From Phoronis australis (taxonomy: Eukaryota > Animalia > Phoronida): a DNA stretch of 64,000 nucleotides. The notes under the pieces were generated by a model. It was not told the DNA's origin and ran no database searches. It worked only from the letters and a program-made list of their open reading frames with translations. Location of the stretch: assembly GCA_002633005.1 (NCBI GenBank), contig NMRA01000081.1, positions 499,625 through 563,624 of the forward strand. The letters run 5' to 3'. Every line of letters starts with the position of its first letter. The first letter of the stretch is position 1. A program made the translations under genes and the position numbers. Shown piece by piece: positions 11,748 through 24,100 of the stretch.

Positions 11748-12878
11748 TGTTAAAATTACTTTGATTCAAGCTTTCACTTTCAAAAAACTAACCCACAAAC
11801 TCGTTTGTGTGCGGTCATCTTTCAATGCATTTCTAGCTGCATCAACGACATCTTGCGTTGTTATTTACAACTAAGGTACCGTACAAATGCTGTGCGTGAA
11901 CTTGGAATCCTGCTTAATCTGAAGATCGTGTATGCGAAGGCTAAAAGGTGAAATTTTTGTTCGGTGAAAAGGATTTGTATTGGCCTTGAGATCAACCATG
12001 GGTTATTGTTTACAATTGGACTCCATTAACGTACGATTGTCCTGATATTAGTATTTTCTGAATCCTCTCGCCAGGGTGATCATGGTGATTCCAAAAATGT
12101 ATTACCCGTATTGATTAGGCTCTTCTTATTCATGCATTCTCTATTTTTACGAGGTGTTCATTTGCAGCAGCCGATCTCGAGTGACTGCTCATTATAAAAC
12201 TGCGACACCTCTCGGCAGGAATGATAACTACAATGATCACGCGTGTGTCAAAAAAGAACCCAAATTTGGCTAGTATATTTAAGATACCGCGTGGTATGTG
12301 AGGGAAACTCTTGAGTAGAAAACATTAATAGTCATAAAGGATTTCCTCTTCAAAACTTCTTCTTTATTAAAAAACATGACAGTACGTGTTCTTGCGGACA
12401 AATATCGTCTTCGAAAACACTTGACATCTCGCGGACATGATTTGGGCTTGTGTTGTGGCGGACATGTGTCGTCTTAAGACTTAAGAGACAAAAACTGTTT
12501 CAAACAAGTGGAATTAGGTAATAAGATAGCTAATATCACTGGCAGGCTAAAGTACGCGAACAGAAACACATTCTGCATTGAACCACCGTCACTCTAGGTA
12601 AACCGTTAGTTATCAATCCTGCCAAGAGGTGTCGCACTTTTAAAAATGGCTGCTTCACTAAATCCGCGTTGCAAATGAATGCCTTGGAAAAACTCGGAAA
12701 TTGTGAATAAGAAGCGACCAGTTAGTACAAGTAATACATTTTTGGAATCACCGTGACTAGAGGATTCAAAAAATAGTAGTAGCAAGTATGTACGTTAATA
12801 GAGTTGGATTGTAAACAATATGTAAAGTTAGTCGGTGAATTTTTGGAAAATGAAAGCTTGAATCGAAATAATGTAACT
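11748..12878. mobile_element. Long fold-back (inverted-repeat) element in RPLP2 intron 1
   Basis: Arms 11748-11795 / 12830-12878 (gattcaagctttca / tgaaagcttgaatc) and 12003-12230 / 12606-12820 (ggtgattccaaaaatgtattac / gtaatacatttttggaatcacc; gcgacacctct / agaggtgtcgc). Confidence 0.75.
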
Positions 12879-13741
12879 CAGCAGCAATTTTATTTTCTAC
12901 CTTTGCCTCTATATTTTACTCGTTGATGATTTTTTCACAATGTCTTAACAATTTTCTATTGTGAAGATGATAGCACCTTTCCAATTTGTGATGGAATAAA
13001 TGTATTCTACACCACCCAATGGCGATGTCAATTATTTTTGAGTCTGCTTTTTTGCTACCTGCTTCTGTATCCACCAAACCATTCAGAGAACTATTATGAA
13101 AACTGGCTGATGTGTTCTTTCTGACATGAGCACTGTTTGCGTGGACTTTTAGATGGGTCCAACTACTCTGGTGCCCCCTAATGACATTTCGTCTCTACTT
13201 GTGTATCTACTAAAGTCCTTGCAAGATAATGATTTGTCAACTTTATTCCGGTTTAGTTGACAACATACGGACCTATTCGACTGTGCCTTCTGATGGCACT
13301 TTGTTTTTATTTACATCTGCCTCTGTATCTTTGGATTTCCATGGTGGATTTTCATGAAATTTGACAAATGGTTTCGTAATAGAGAGATGACAACGCTTTC
13401 CCAATTTCGGACAGGCTTGATATATTTTATGCCATCTAATGGCTATTTTTATGACAGTGAAAACCTCCATTAGAAGTACACTATTAGCATAGCAGTCAGG
13501 GGCTCATATCAATGTTCGCTTTGCTCTTGTTATTTCTGCATTTCTGAGTATTCTTTTATATCGTTCCACACTGTTCACTGACTTCATGTGTAGCAACCAG
13601 GCACTACTTTAAATATTGATGGCTAAGGTTATCAGGTCTAACACTAGATGTCACCAGACGCTACTTCTACCATTGAATAACCATGTTCTTCTGTAGTGTG
13701 TTAAAAACTTTTCTCTCACTGTGATTGTTGTTTTATGTAGA

Positions 13742-16239
13742 ATGCGTTACGTGGCCGCATACTTGCTTTGTGCCCTTGGTGGCAAGACGCCTTCAGCTAA
13801 AGACGTGAAGAAAGTACTAGAAAGTGTGGGCATTGAAGTGGAAGATGACAAAGTGAACAAGGTTGTCAGCGAGTTGGCGGGAAAAGATGTCAATGAGGTC
13901 ATCGCGGCAGGTTAGTGTGAGCAGTTGCAATCAAAATAGAAAACATGTTTCATGTTAATGGATGCCCTGTTCTTCCAGTTTTAGAACAGGGAAATACATT
14001 AAAAATATAAAGTTCTAGTTATTACTGTTTTTTATATTATGAAATTCTGTTGTATTATTTCAAAATAATAGTGAAAAAATGAGCTGCGAATTGCTTTGGT
14101 TTTTCTGCTGATTTATGCTGCAGCTGTCTTCTTACTGGCGATTTGCTGCATGCCATTTTTAGGGGTATCCTAGAATTATACCCACAAGCATCGAATCTTA
14201 CGCACGAACCACCTACAAACCTATGAATCATGTATATGAACCCATGAATCATGTATACAAATACAAAAATCAAGCATGAGAACAAAAATCATTTGCAGGA
14301 AACACAAAAATCTCATTCGAACACAAAGTCATACACACGAGCTTGGAATCACACGCGCGAACACTTTATCGTTTGGTGGTTCATGCGTAAGATTCGAAGG
14401 TACCCCTAATATTATTGTTTCTCAAGAGTGGAAAAAGAACAGTGCCATCTCCAGACTGAACACACAACTTGAATATGATTTGCAAAAGGATTGTCAAGAT
14501 TCGTGGACAGTGAAGTTGAATTCGACAAAATACTTACTTGATTTTTGGCAATCAAAAACCATGAATATTAGAATTGTGGGTGGTATCTACTAAATGTAAT
14601 ATGGGAATTCAGTTTGTAATCTCCAGTTCCATAAAAGAATTCAGATTATGTGAATTCTGTCCTGTTTTCTTTATTGCGAAAAACCAGGGTGTCTATGTTC
14701 AACACAAGTAAATCTTTTTAATGCTTGAGTGTTCTTAAAACATTATTTTGTAAGTTGTCTCTTTTGTCAAAAAGAGCGTCTGGTCTGCTTGAGTTTTAGA
14801 CATATTGTAGCATCAAATTTGTGGAAGGTCACATTTTTGATCACTTCATTTGTTTGTTTCATTTCCAAAATGGGAGTCTGGTCATTGTTATGCCTCAACC
14901 ATTTTCTGATAGGATCTTATATTAAAATTCTGAACACCTTGCTTTTCTAATATGGTAGTTCAGTTTGTTATTCTTTTTAGTTCATCTCATTTTGTTGTGT
15001 TTCTTGCATAGGTCACCATTTTGTCATCACTTAAAACATGATGAGCACAACTTCACACCATCTTTCGTCCGATGCCAGTGACGATAACATTTCAGCCTGA
15101 TAGTGATGACAGTGTTTGTTGTGTTTTGTTGTCTCTGTGTTGTGGCACTGCCTCATGTTGTTAATGTTGGGTATTCCTTGTTATAGGTGCTGAGAAGCTC
15201 GCCTCAGTGCCATCTGGTGGTGTTGCTGCCAGTGCTGGTGGTGGCGGTGGTGCACCTGCCGGTGACGCTGCTCCAGCTGAAGGTAGGTTTACTGTATCTT
15301 GTGATTTTTACGCCAAAACAAAATATTGCAGTTCTTAATTTTCAAATGAGGGTCCAGGCTACCTTGAAAGTAAAATTTCTGAAACATTTTGTAGTCATAA
15401 AATCGCAAACCATGTGTTAAAATGTTTCAACTGAGAGGGGATGTTTCGCACATGACATGGTAGCATCTCATTTTCTGGAACTACTTTCTAAGAGATCACA
15501 TGTGGGTGCTTAATTGGAGAGTAAGGAGACTTAAGTATTTCAACACTGCCTTCTAATGACTGATGTGAAATTCACCGTGTGTCACTAATATGTGCATTTA
15601 GGTAGTTATGTGGCATCATTAACACACAGACTGATGAATTGATTTATTCATCACCACAACCTGATGACTATTGATTCACCCATTGGGTAACATTTATCGT
15701 GGGGTTGTGTTAATAATCCATTGATAAATTTTAGCTTGAAATTTAAATATTTTGATCAGTTGATGCAGTGAAGTTTGTTTAGACAGTTTGCTAGTGTTAC
15801 TGTCATGTATTTGGTGCATGACGAGTATAGGAAATGAAAGTGACTAAAGGTTTATAACATACGAAATTACATGTATTGTACTGAATGTCTTGGTCCATGC
15901 ACCTGTACCCTGATTTGGGTGCTCACTCCTATATAGGAAACACTTTTGAGTGAAACCATATGTACTTGATACACTGTTTATTGAAAAGATGTACATTTTG
16001 CATGGTCGGTTTTATGTATTAGATTTAAAGTTCTGACAGTTTTATTGCCTTCTTTAGAATCTTCTATCCAAATTGTGATTTTCACTGCTCATTTCTCTGG
16101 AGTTGTTTGAACAAGCAAGTGGGATCAGCATCAGTTTCAGTTATTTAATGTTTTCAATGTTTTTGCAGAGAAAAAAGAAGAGAAACCAGCCGAGAGTGAA
16201 GAGTCCGACGATGACATGGGCTTTGGTCTTTTCGACTAA
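13742..16239 (+). CDS. RPLP2: 60S acidic ribosomal protein P2 (3 coding exons, 111 aa)
   Basis: Exons 13742-13910 (MRYVAAYLLCALGG...VIAA), 15187-15282 (GAEKLASVPSGG... Ala/Gly hinge) and 16169-16239 (EKKEEKPAESEESDDDMGFGLFD*). Canonical P-protein C-terminus; ATTAAA at 16264-16269. Confidence 0.98.
14161..14407. mobile_element. MITE in RPLP2 intron 2
   Basis: aggggtatcc...tcgaatcttacgcacgaaccacc versus ggtggttcatgcgtaagattcgaaggtacccct. The left arm carries an ~20-nt insertion; internal short repeats atgaatcatgtata. Confidence 0.75.
15022..15111 (+). ncRNA. Intronic box C/D snoRNA, SNORD32/SNORD51/snR39-like (predicted guide for the 28S Am equivalent to human A1524, old A1511)
   Basis: Perfect 10-bp flanking stem tgtcatcact (15022-31) / agtgatgaca (15102-11); box C ATGATGA 15038-44; D' CCGA 15069-72; C' GTGACGA 15078-84; D CTGA 15097-100. 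Guide caccatctttcg (15056-67) is complementary to conserved 28S CGAAAGAUGGUG. Box D is 86 nt upstream of the 3' splice site. Confidence 0.9.
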
Positions 16240-18115
16240 GTTGTACAACCTTATGGCGTCATATTAAAACATTTTACCTAGCAACTTTAGTTGTTCAGTA
16301 TTCGCAGCACATTGTGTCCCTGAAAAATTATTTTATTGAAGCATTCACATACGAGGGGAGGGGTTGTGGAAAGATGACAATTTATGATGGAGGTTGGGGA
16401 TTACATTCATAGTGATGTCACCATGTGTGTTATTAGAATATCTCCATTACAGTTATACATATTGTTTTTCATCTTCTAGCAGAATTTATCAAGTCCAAAA
16501 CATGTAGCCATGGTTCATTGCCTCCAGGATGTGATCACATTTTACTAGGTTTACCATATAACATGTACACATTCAAATGACAGACCCTCACTATCTAAAT
16601 AGGGGCTTGGCTTTCATGTAATTAAAGGCTCTACATGAGAGGGGTAAAAAGTGGTAAGTAATATGAGCAATCGCATTCTATTTACTTACACTGTGCTACT
16701 AATAAGCCTGTGAAACAAGATGGTCAAGCTTTTGAAATTCAAAACCACTGTCGAGTTTCAATGCCAAATCGAGCAAAGGCAGTTTGTGGGTCGATTTATG
16801 TTGTCTGTTTGCATTATACACAGGCAATACTGTATTTTCGGCAATCGCTCTCGATCTGGGGGAGCCAGATTTAATACATGGGCCCATTGCAAATTTGCAT
16901 GCAAGTGCAACTTAGTACAGATAAACAATGTTATTGCATAGAAATTATAATCCTGCAAAATACCAGTACAATGGACTGGAAAGTTCAACACTGGTTTACA
17001 TGCCATGTACAGTTGGAACCAGCACAACTGGACCAAGAGATTTTATGCAATTTTCAGTAGGGTGACATCCAGTGTATCTGAATGACAAAGCATGAATCCT
17101 ACTGTGGAACTTCCTGGGAGCAACAATACATCTTGTGCACTTTCAACGGTCCATTACATGAAAATGACTTAAAATGAAACATCTTGTGCTCCACACAACT
17201 GTTTCGAAAAAATATTTATTGAAACTCACTTTAGAAAAGAATGAAGTATATGAGAATACATTCGGAACTGTTTCTTACTCGGAAATTTGTGATTTTATGT
17301 CTATAAATTTTCAGGCAGTGGTGTGCTCATCATTTCATGTCTGACTAATATAAACCTATATTTGACAATTGTGTAATGGGAGCTTACGACCAAATGTCTG
17401 TCTTCAAGAAAAACAACTCCGACTCCAGTGAGTTTTACTGCATTTTCATACTTTCTGTAACTGCCACAAACAACTTGCGGTTACGTAACGGTAAAGTGCT
17501 GCATATATAACCTATATATATGTCTAGACAACAATGATCAATAAGTATGCCACCACTCATTTTCAAGAACCAACGTGGGTGTCCTCAAATTTTAATTATA
17601 GAATATTTGTCTGACTGTAGCAATGGAACAGAACTTGGAATCCAGAATCAAAAGCAAAAAGAGGTAAAAATAAACTTGCCTATCATTTCATGTCCCAAAT
17701 GCTTGAAATTTTACAGTAATACAGACTTGCATATCATAAATAAATATGCAAAACTATACAACATATGATGACATGATATCCAGATCATACTATGAACAAT
17801 ATTTACAATTAAAACTTGACATTAAAATATTTTATTAGTCTAGACAAAATGCCACATACCAGTTCAAGTGTGAGGAGGATGGGCTGAGAGTAATAGATGC
17901 ATCTGAACACATTCCTCAAAGTAATGGATGAAACTCATGTGTTGTAATTGTCACAAATATTTAATATACATACACAGAAAATAATTGTTTCAAACTTAAG
18001 AATACATATTAATTCTCCAGTGAAGACGACTACAAGTGGTAAAAAGATTTTCAATTCTAAATTGATCACATATATCAACACAATTTACAAGGTCGTACTC
18101 CAAACATCAGGTTGT

Positions 18116-21100
18116 CTATGTAGGCTGTGGCTGGCCCCACTGAGCCTGTTGATAACTCTCCATTTTCAGCTTGTTCCATGTTTTACGATGAGTTTTTAGT
18201 GCCATCTTAAAAAACAATGGTTGTATTAGCAAAGCATTATCTAAGTAACGGGACTGATGAACATTGAAAAGAAATTTCACTGACAGAACTAACATGATAA
18301 CAGTTATATTTAGCTAAACCTTACTAAAAAGACACGGTCACGTGACCCAAATAAGAATATGTAGTAAACTTGTACAAAATTAATTTATATGGTTTTGTAC
18401 ATGACATTTAGTTAAATGCACTAACCTATGAAAAAGGCACTACGTGACCTTAAATCTATTTTTGAAATGGTCAACAAAATTACCTCTGCAATATCCACTT
18501 TCCTCTCCCAGCTGCGTACTTTTTTCTGCAGCTCATACAGGTCTGCTTTCTCCTCGACATATTCCATAACTTCAGGCACACGGAAGTCGCTGAGCTGCTG
18601 CCGGAATTTGCGATTGATCTTTTCAGCTTTTAATCGTTCCTGACATGAAAAATTGCATTGAATCTTTGATGCAAAAGTATGAGTTGCCATCTCCACTGAC
18701 AAGGACATTTAAGTTTCAAAACAATAAAATTTTGTTGTCAACATCTGATCTTAATACCTATTTAACTTCAACAATTCTTCAGTTATCCAAAAACAGTGGT
18801 GCAGCTTTTTACAAACAATTAAAAAATGATCTTGTGTTGTTTTATGTGGCTGCTCGTTTACACCATAGCAATAACATATAGAAGCAGTCTCTTTCTATTA
18901 ATTACAATTGACAAACTTTAGAAATTATAAATTCCAGTCTTCTGGGTCTAACAACTTTAAGTGTTAACAATACGATTTCGAAAGGGAACATACCTCTTCA
19001 ACCATGTTGGTCTCGGCCTCAATTCTGGTTAACAGTTCATTTCGTGAAGCAATTTCTGAGTTCAATCTGTTTGACTCCACTGTAAGTGTGTTTAACTTTT
19101 TCTAAAATAAAATTGAGATAGGTAATGCAATGTATTTTAAATTATTCTTTCAAATATGAATGTATTAGCATGAACAAGTATATATGGCACAAACCAATTT
19201 AAATATAAATTAAATAATGTAAATGAAATTAAACAAAATAGCTATATTTTTCCGATTTAGTGGCGAAATGATGAAATATGTTTTATCACTAGATGGCGGT
19301 AGTTGGTGCATCTTTGTATGGATATTTCCCAGCATTTTTGTTCAGTACTTGTGACCAACATGCAATCAAATTGACACTTATGAACACTGGAATATATTAA
19401 TGCTTCACAAAGAAATGTCCCGACATCTCAAAATGTCCGTTAATGAAAAAAAAATTACATTTCGTCCCTATATCAACCCAGCACGCCAGAAGTTGAGTCA
19501 AACAAAGGCTCATCACATCACAACCACCGTCTTCACTCACCTTGTATGAATTGAGCACTTGCTGAGTGTTAGTCTGCATCAACTTAAGTCTCAGCAAGTC
19601 TTGGTTACGTTCATCAATCTTCTCCAAGTACTGACTGTTCTCAATCTTCAATTGGTTGAAGTCGACCTCATGCAGAACTTCACCCATCTCTTCCTTTTGC
19701 TTTAACTGCAGATGAAGCTTCTTTTTCTGCACCTTCAGTGTAGAGTTCTTCAGCCGCAATTTCTCAATAAGAGCATCCTGTACACAATGAAATATTGAAA
19801 TTCAAATTATACTATTCTCTCCCATAACCTGACTCCTATGTTTCATTCAAACAAATTACTCTGAAGCACACATGGAACCCCTATAAAGCCTCTTCTAAGA
19901 CTTAATTTGGCTATAAGCCCCTATCACAAAAGTTCACTTGCCCGGTTTCAAATTATTAGGTAATCCACTTGGAAGAGAGTTGTTGCTGGCAGCTTTAATC
20001 ATCTCATCAGTTAATCAGAGAATATCAACTATACAGATTACATATTCACTTCCAAGAATCCATGCACAGTAAAAATCCATCAATTTTGCATAAAAATGTA
20101 ATACTGAAGTTGCCATATTCTATTTTTCAAACACTACCCCGGTAATTTCCAGCAAATGCTAAAATTATACCACAGGTTTGGTGACACCTTAATTGCACAA
20201 ACCATCAAAAAGTAAAGTTTTCACGTGACCTCTAACCTAAAATAAATGATTAATGGAATGTTCCAATTCTACTGTTTAAATTTCCTTTCCTTTAATAACA
20301 ACTTTCCTCGTTAATTTTCCACCAAAACACCAGAGGACTACTGACTACCAGCATTAATTCGATGCACAAACCCACAAGGTACCAGTATATGAGACCAATC
20401 AAACCAAGGTTAAATATTAAGTACCAGCACTGAGAATAACAACAAATGGATATACTTGTAAACAATGACATGCACGTTTAATAAATTTCTGAATGAGACT
20501 GTGAACCCAGACACCCATGTAATACTGACACAAGTATTACAAAGTATGGGCTGAGTTAGCTTTAACCAGATGTCTGTCAAACATACAAGACAGAGGTACA
20601 GGGAGTGGAAGTGTGCGTAAACCAAAGCAGAATTTTATCAAACACCTTTCTAAACGAGTATGAAGACAATGCTGATGAGTCAGATGACCAGGTAAGACAA
20701 AGAAAATTCAATAGAGGGATATTATATATGGCTATGAATTCACCATCTTTGTACTTTAATGGGATGTCGAATCATATTTAATTTATACAAAATCACACTT
20801 TGCAAAATGCTGGAACAGGCAGAAGGACGTGTGTGTATTCTTGTGCTCCAAACTAGATGATGTTGAAACTAAAACGGTTGCATAGGAATTAGACAAATCA
20901 ACACGAAGCCACTGACATGCTGAGGAGTTTGTGAATTTTTAACTCAGCAGAGTTGAAGTTACCATTTACACGTGCATTGAAAAATCAGACAGCACCACAT
21001 AGGCGGATTTAGGGGGGGGGGGCCCAGGCCCCCCTTGGCTGCCGCAAAAAATAAAACAGTAAGAGCGTAGGGAAATGTTGAGTTTATTAATTAACCCCGG

Positions 21101-24100
21101 TAATTAAAATTATACGGATGAAAAAAGATTTAAATGTTTGCATTTTTAGTGTTGGGGGGACTCAAATCCAAATACAAGTGTCATATTCGGAACACGGCGC
21201 ATTCGTAAGTGAACTACGTCTAAGTATAGGCTCTCCTGCGATATCCCAGGCGACCGGCAGTGGTGCTGTGCACTACGACTCCATTTCCGTCGTCTGCTCC
21301 ACTGTGCAATGAAGAAAATTTACTTCATTTTTTAAAGAAAATGGAACCTGAGAGACGATGAAAAAACAGACGCTGCTGGTAAGATGTGAATTTTAATCGA
21401 AGCCTTAGTGAATCACTCAGAAACTCGCAATACTCTCTTTGTCAAACCTTATCTTAACAACTTCCAAAGCAATCCCGTCATTATTGCCAACACAAAAAAC
21501 GGATTTGGTCTTTTGGGCATTTGAAGATTATTTTAAATACGACAAATTTGTTAAAAATTGATGGCACAAAATATAAAGCGTGTAATAAGCATTAAAAAGA
21601 AGTAGGTTCCGCGTGCAAACGCTGTGGACCATAAACAAGTAGGTCTTTTAGTATGATATTAGTAGCTAATTCGTGGTCGTGAGTTCGAGTCTTTGGTACT
21701 GTGTGATACGTTCTCCATTTTTTTTTGCCTTTTTTTCTTGGATAATACTTCAGGAATCAAGGAAAATGCTTGATTTTTGGAGGTAAAAACAAAAATTTCC
21801 CCCCTCCCGACCTCCCCCCATTCGGTNACTTCACCCATCTCTTCCTTTTGCTTTAACTGCAGATGAAGCTTCTTTTTCTGCACCTTCAGTGTAGAGTTCT
21901 TCAGCCGCAATTTCTCAATAAGAGCATCCTGTACACAATGAAATATTGAAATTAAAATAAATTATTATACTATTCTCTCCCATAACCTGACTCATACGTT
22001 TCATTCAAACAAATTACTCTGAAGCACACATGGCACCCCTATAAAGCCTCTTCTAAGACTTAATTTGGCTATAAGCCCCTATCACAAAAGTTCACTTGCC
22101 CGGTTTCAAATTATTAGGTAATCCACTTGGAAGAGAGTTGTTGCTAGCAGCTTTAATCATCTCATCAGTTACTCAGAGAATATCAACTATAAAGATTACA
22201 TATTTCACTTCCAAGAATCCATTTACAGTAAAAATCCATCAATTTTGAATAAAAATATAATAGTGAAGTTGCCATATTCTATTTTTCAAACACTAGCCAG
22301 ATAATTTCCAGCAAATGCTAAAAATATAACACAGGCTTGGTGACACCTTAATTGCACAAACCATCAAAAAAGTAAAGTTTTCACAAAAGTCACTTAGTTG
22401 ATAATTACAATGAAACTCCACTCTGCCACAGAGATTGACATAAGTGAGTAAACGCTCGAAAATTTGAGTGGAAAAAGCAAAAACAGACCTCCCGTATGAC
22501 TGTAGGTCGTCACTGTTTACTAGCCCAGATTCGAGAATACAAGTGGCAAATATGTAGTCATTTGTATTTTCAAGTGCACATTTTTGGCTGTGCCAAGCAC
22601 AGTAGTTTGCATACAAACCTAAAAGATTGTTACAATAATAATATTCCACACATCACTGACATTTACTACCTACAAATAACAACCTATATCATAGCTTTAA
22701 AGCTCTAAATGCTATATCATAGCGTGACCTCTAACTAACCTAAAATAAATGACTATTGGAATGTTCCAATTCTACTGTTTAAATTTCCTTTCCAACTTTC
22801 CTCGTTAATTTTCCATCAAAACACCAGAGGACTACTGACTACCAGCATTAATTCGATGCACAAAACCCACGAGGTACCACGCAGATTCAGAAAGCTATTA
22901 CGTTTGCCACCTACCAGTATATGAGACCAATCAAACCAAGGTTAAATATTAAGTACCAGCACTGAGAATAACAACGAATGGATGTACTTGTAAACAATGA
23001 TGTGCACGTTTAATAAATTTCTGAATGAGACTGCATGTGAACCAAGATACCCCTGTAATACTGACACAAGTATTACAAAGTATGGGCTGAGTTAGCTTTA
23101 ACCAGATGTCTGTCAAACATACAAGACAGAGGTACAGAGAGTGGAAGTGTGCGTAAATCAAAGCAGAATTTTATCACACACCTTTTTAAACGAGTATGAA
23201 GACAATGCTGATGAGTCAGATGCCCAGGTAAGACAAAGAAAATTCAATAGAGGGATATTATATATGGTTTTGAATTCAACATCTTTTTACTTTAATGAGA
23301 TGTTGAATCATATTTAATTTATAAAAAATCACACTTTGGAAAATGCTGGAACACGCAGAAGAACGTGTGTATTCTTGTGCTCCAAACTTGATGATGTTGA
23401 AACTAAAACAGTTGTATAGAAATTAGACAAATCAACACACAGCCACTGACACTGAGAAGTTTGTGAATTTTTAACTCAGCAGAGTTGAAGTTACCATTTA
23501 CAGTGGCATTGAAAAATCAGACAGCACCATAATACTTTTGCCATACTACAAGTCAAGTTTTATTTTGTTAAGTGCTCTTGGTCACAAAAAGTCACATATC
23601 CCCCATTGAATGACCTGTTTCACTAGACAAGATGTGTAATATATATAGAGAATAAAGACGAGAGATTTTGACAAAATTTCCAAGATGTTCTGCCCATGTC
23701 ACAAACCTGAGACTCGTGTAGGATTTGTTTTCTGACATGAACCATAAAAACGACCTCTTTTGCCGAAAAACTAGACGTGTCTACAACTTTCAACCACATG
23801 ACACAATTTTTGTAAAAACATGCTTGCACAATGTAAAGTAATTCAGTTACTTTTTTATGTAATATTTACAACGAGGGTAGCCCCATTAGTTCACACTGCT
23901 TTCCATGGGGGCCCTTTTTGTTAATATTTTTTTAAGCTTAACAATTGTAAATTGCATTCAGCTTTCGTAGCAAATATTCACATTAGAATCTAACTTAAAA
24001 AATGTTACTTTATAAATAATAGTCAGCAAGACATCCCCGTGCGTAAGCATTGAATTGACCTTGAGACAGCAAAGCTATACAGTCTCACCGCGTTTCTCGA

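Noticed and set aside
15813-15903. Possible second C/D snoRNA (ATGACGA...CTGA, ggtgc/gcacc)
   Set aside because: The stem overlaps box C, there is no clear C'/D', and only ~8 nt of rRNA complementarity.
15891-15960. tggtccat start resembling human SNORA52 in RPLP2 intron 3
   Set aside because: No complementary tggacca closing strand or hairpin-H-hairpin-ACA layout.
16169-16239. RPLP2 (a classic CK2 substrate) clustered near the CK2alpha gene as a functional operon-like unit
   Set aside because: CK2 has very many substrates; nothing in the sequence supports co-regulation.
20670-20706. CTGATGAGTC...GAC hammerhead-like core (also ctgatga...cgaaa at 53761)
   Set aside because: GAAA does not follow a closed stem II correctly, and stems I/III are absent.
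21659-21910. Second CCDC113-like ORF as a paralogue or pseudogene
   Set aside because: Identical exon fragment truncated exactly at a single N; best explained as the alternate haplotype.
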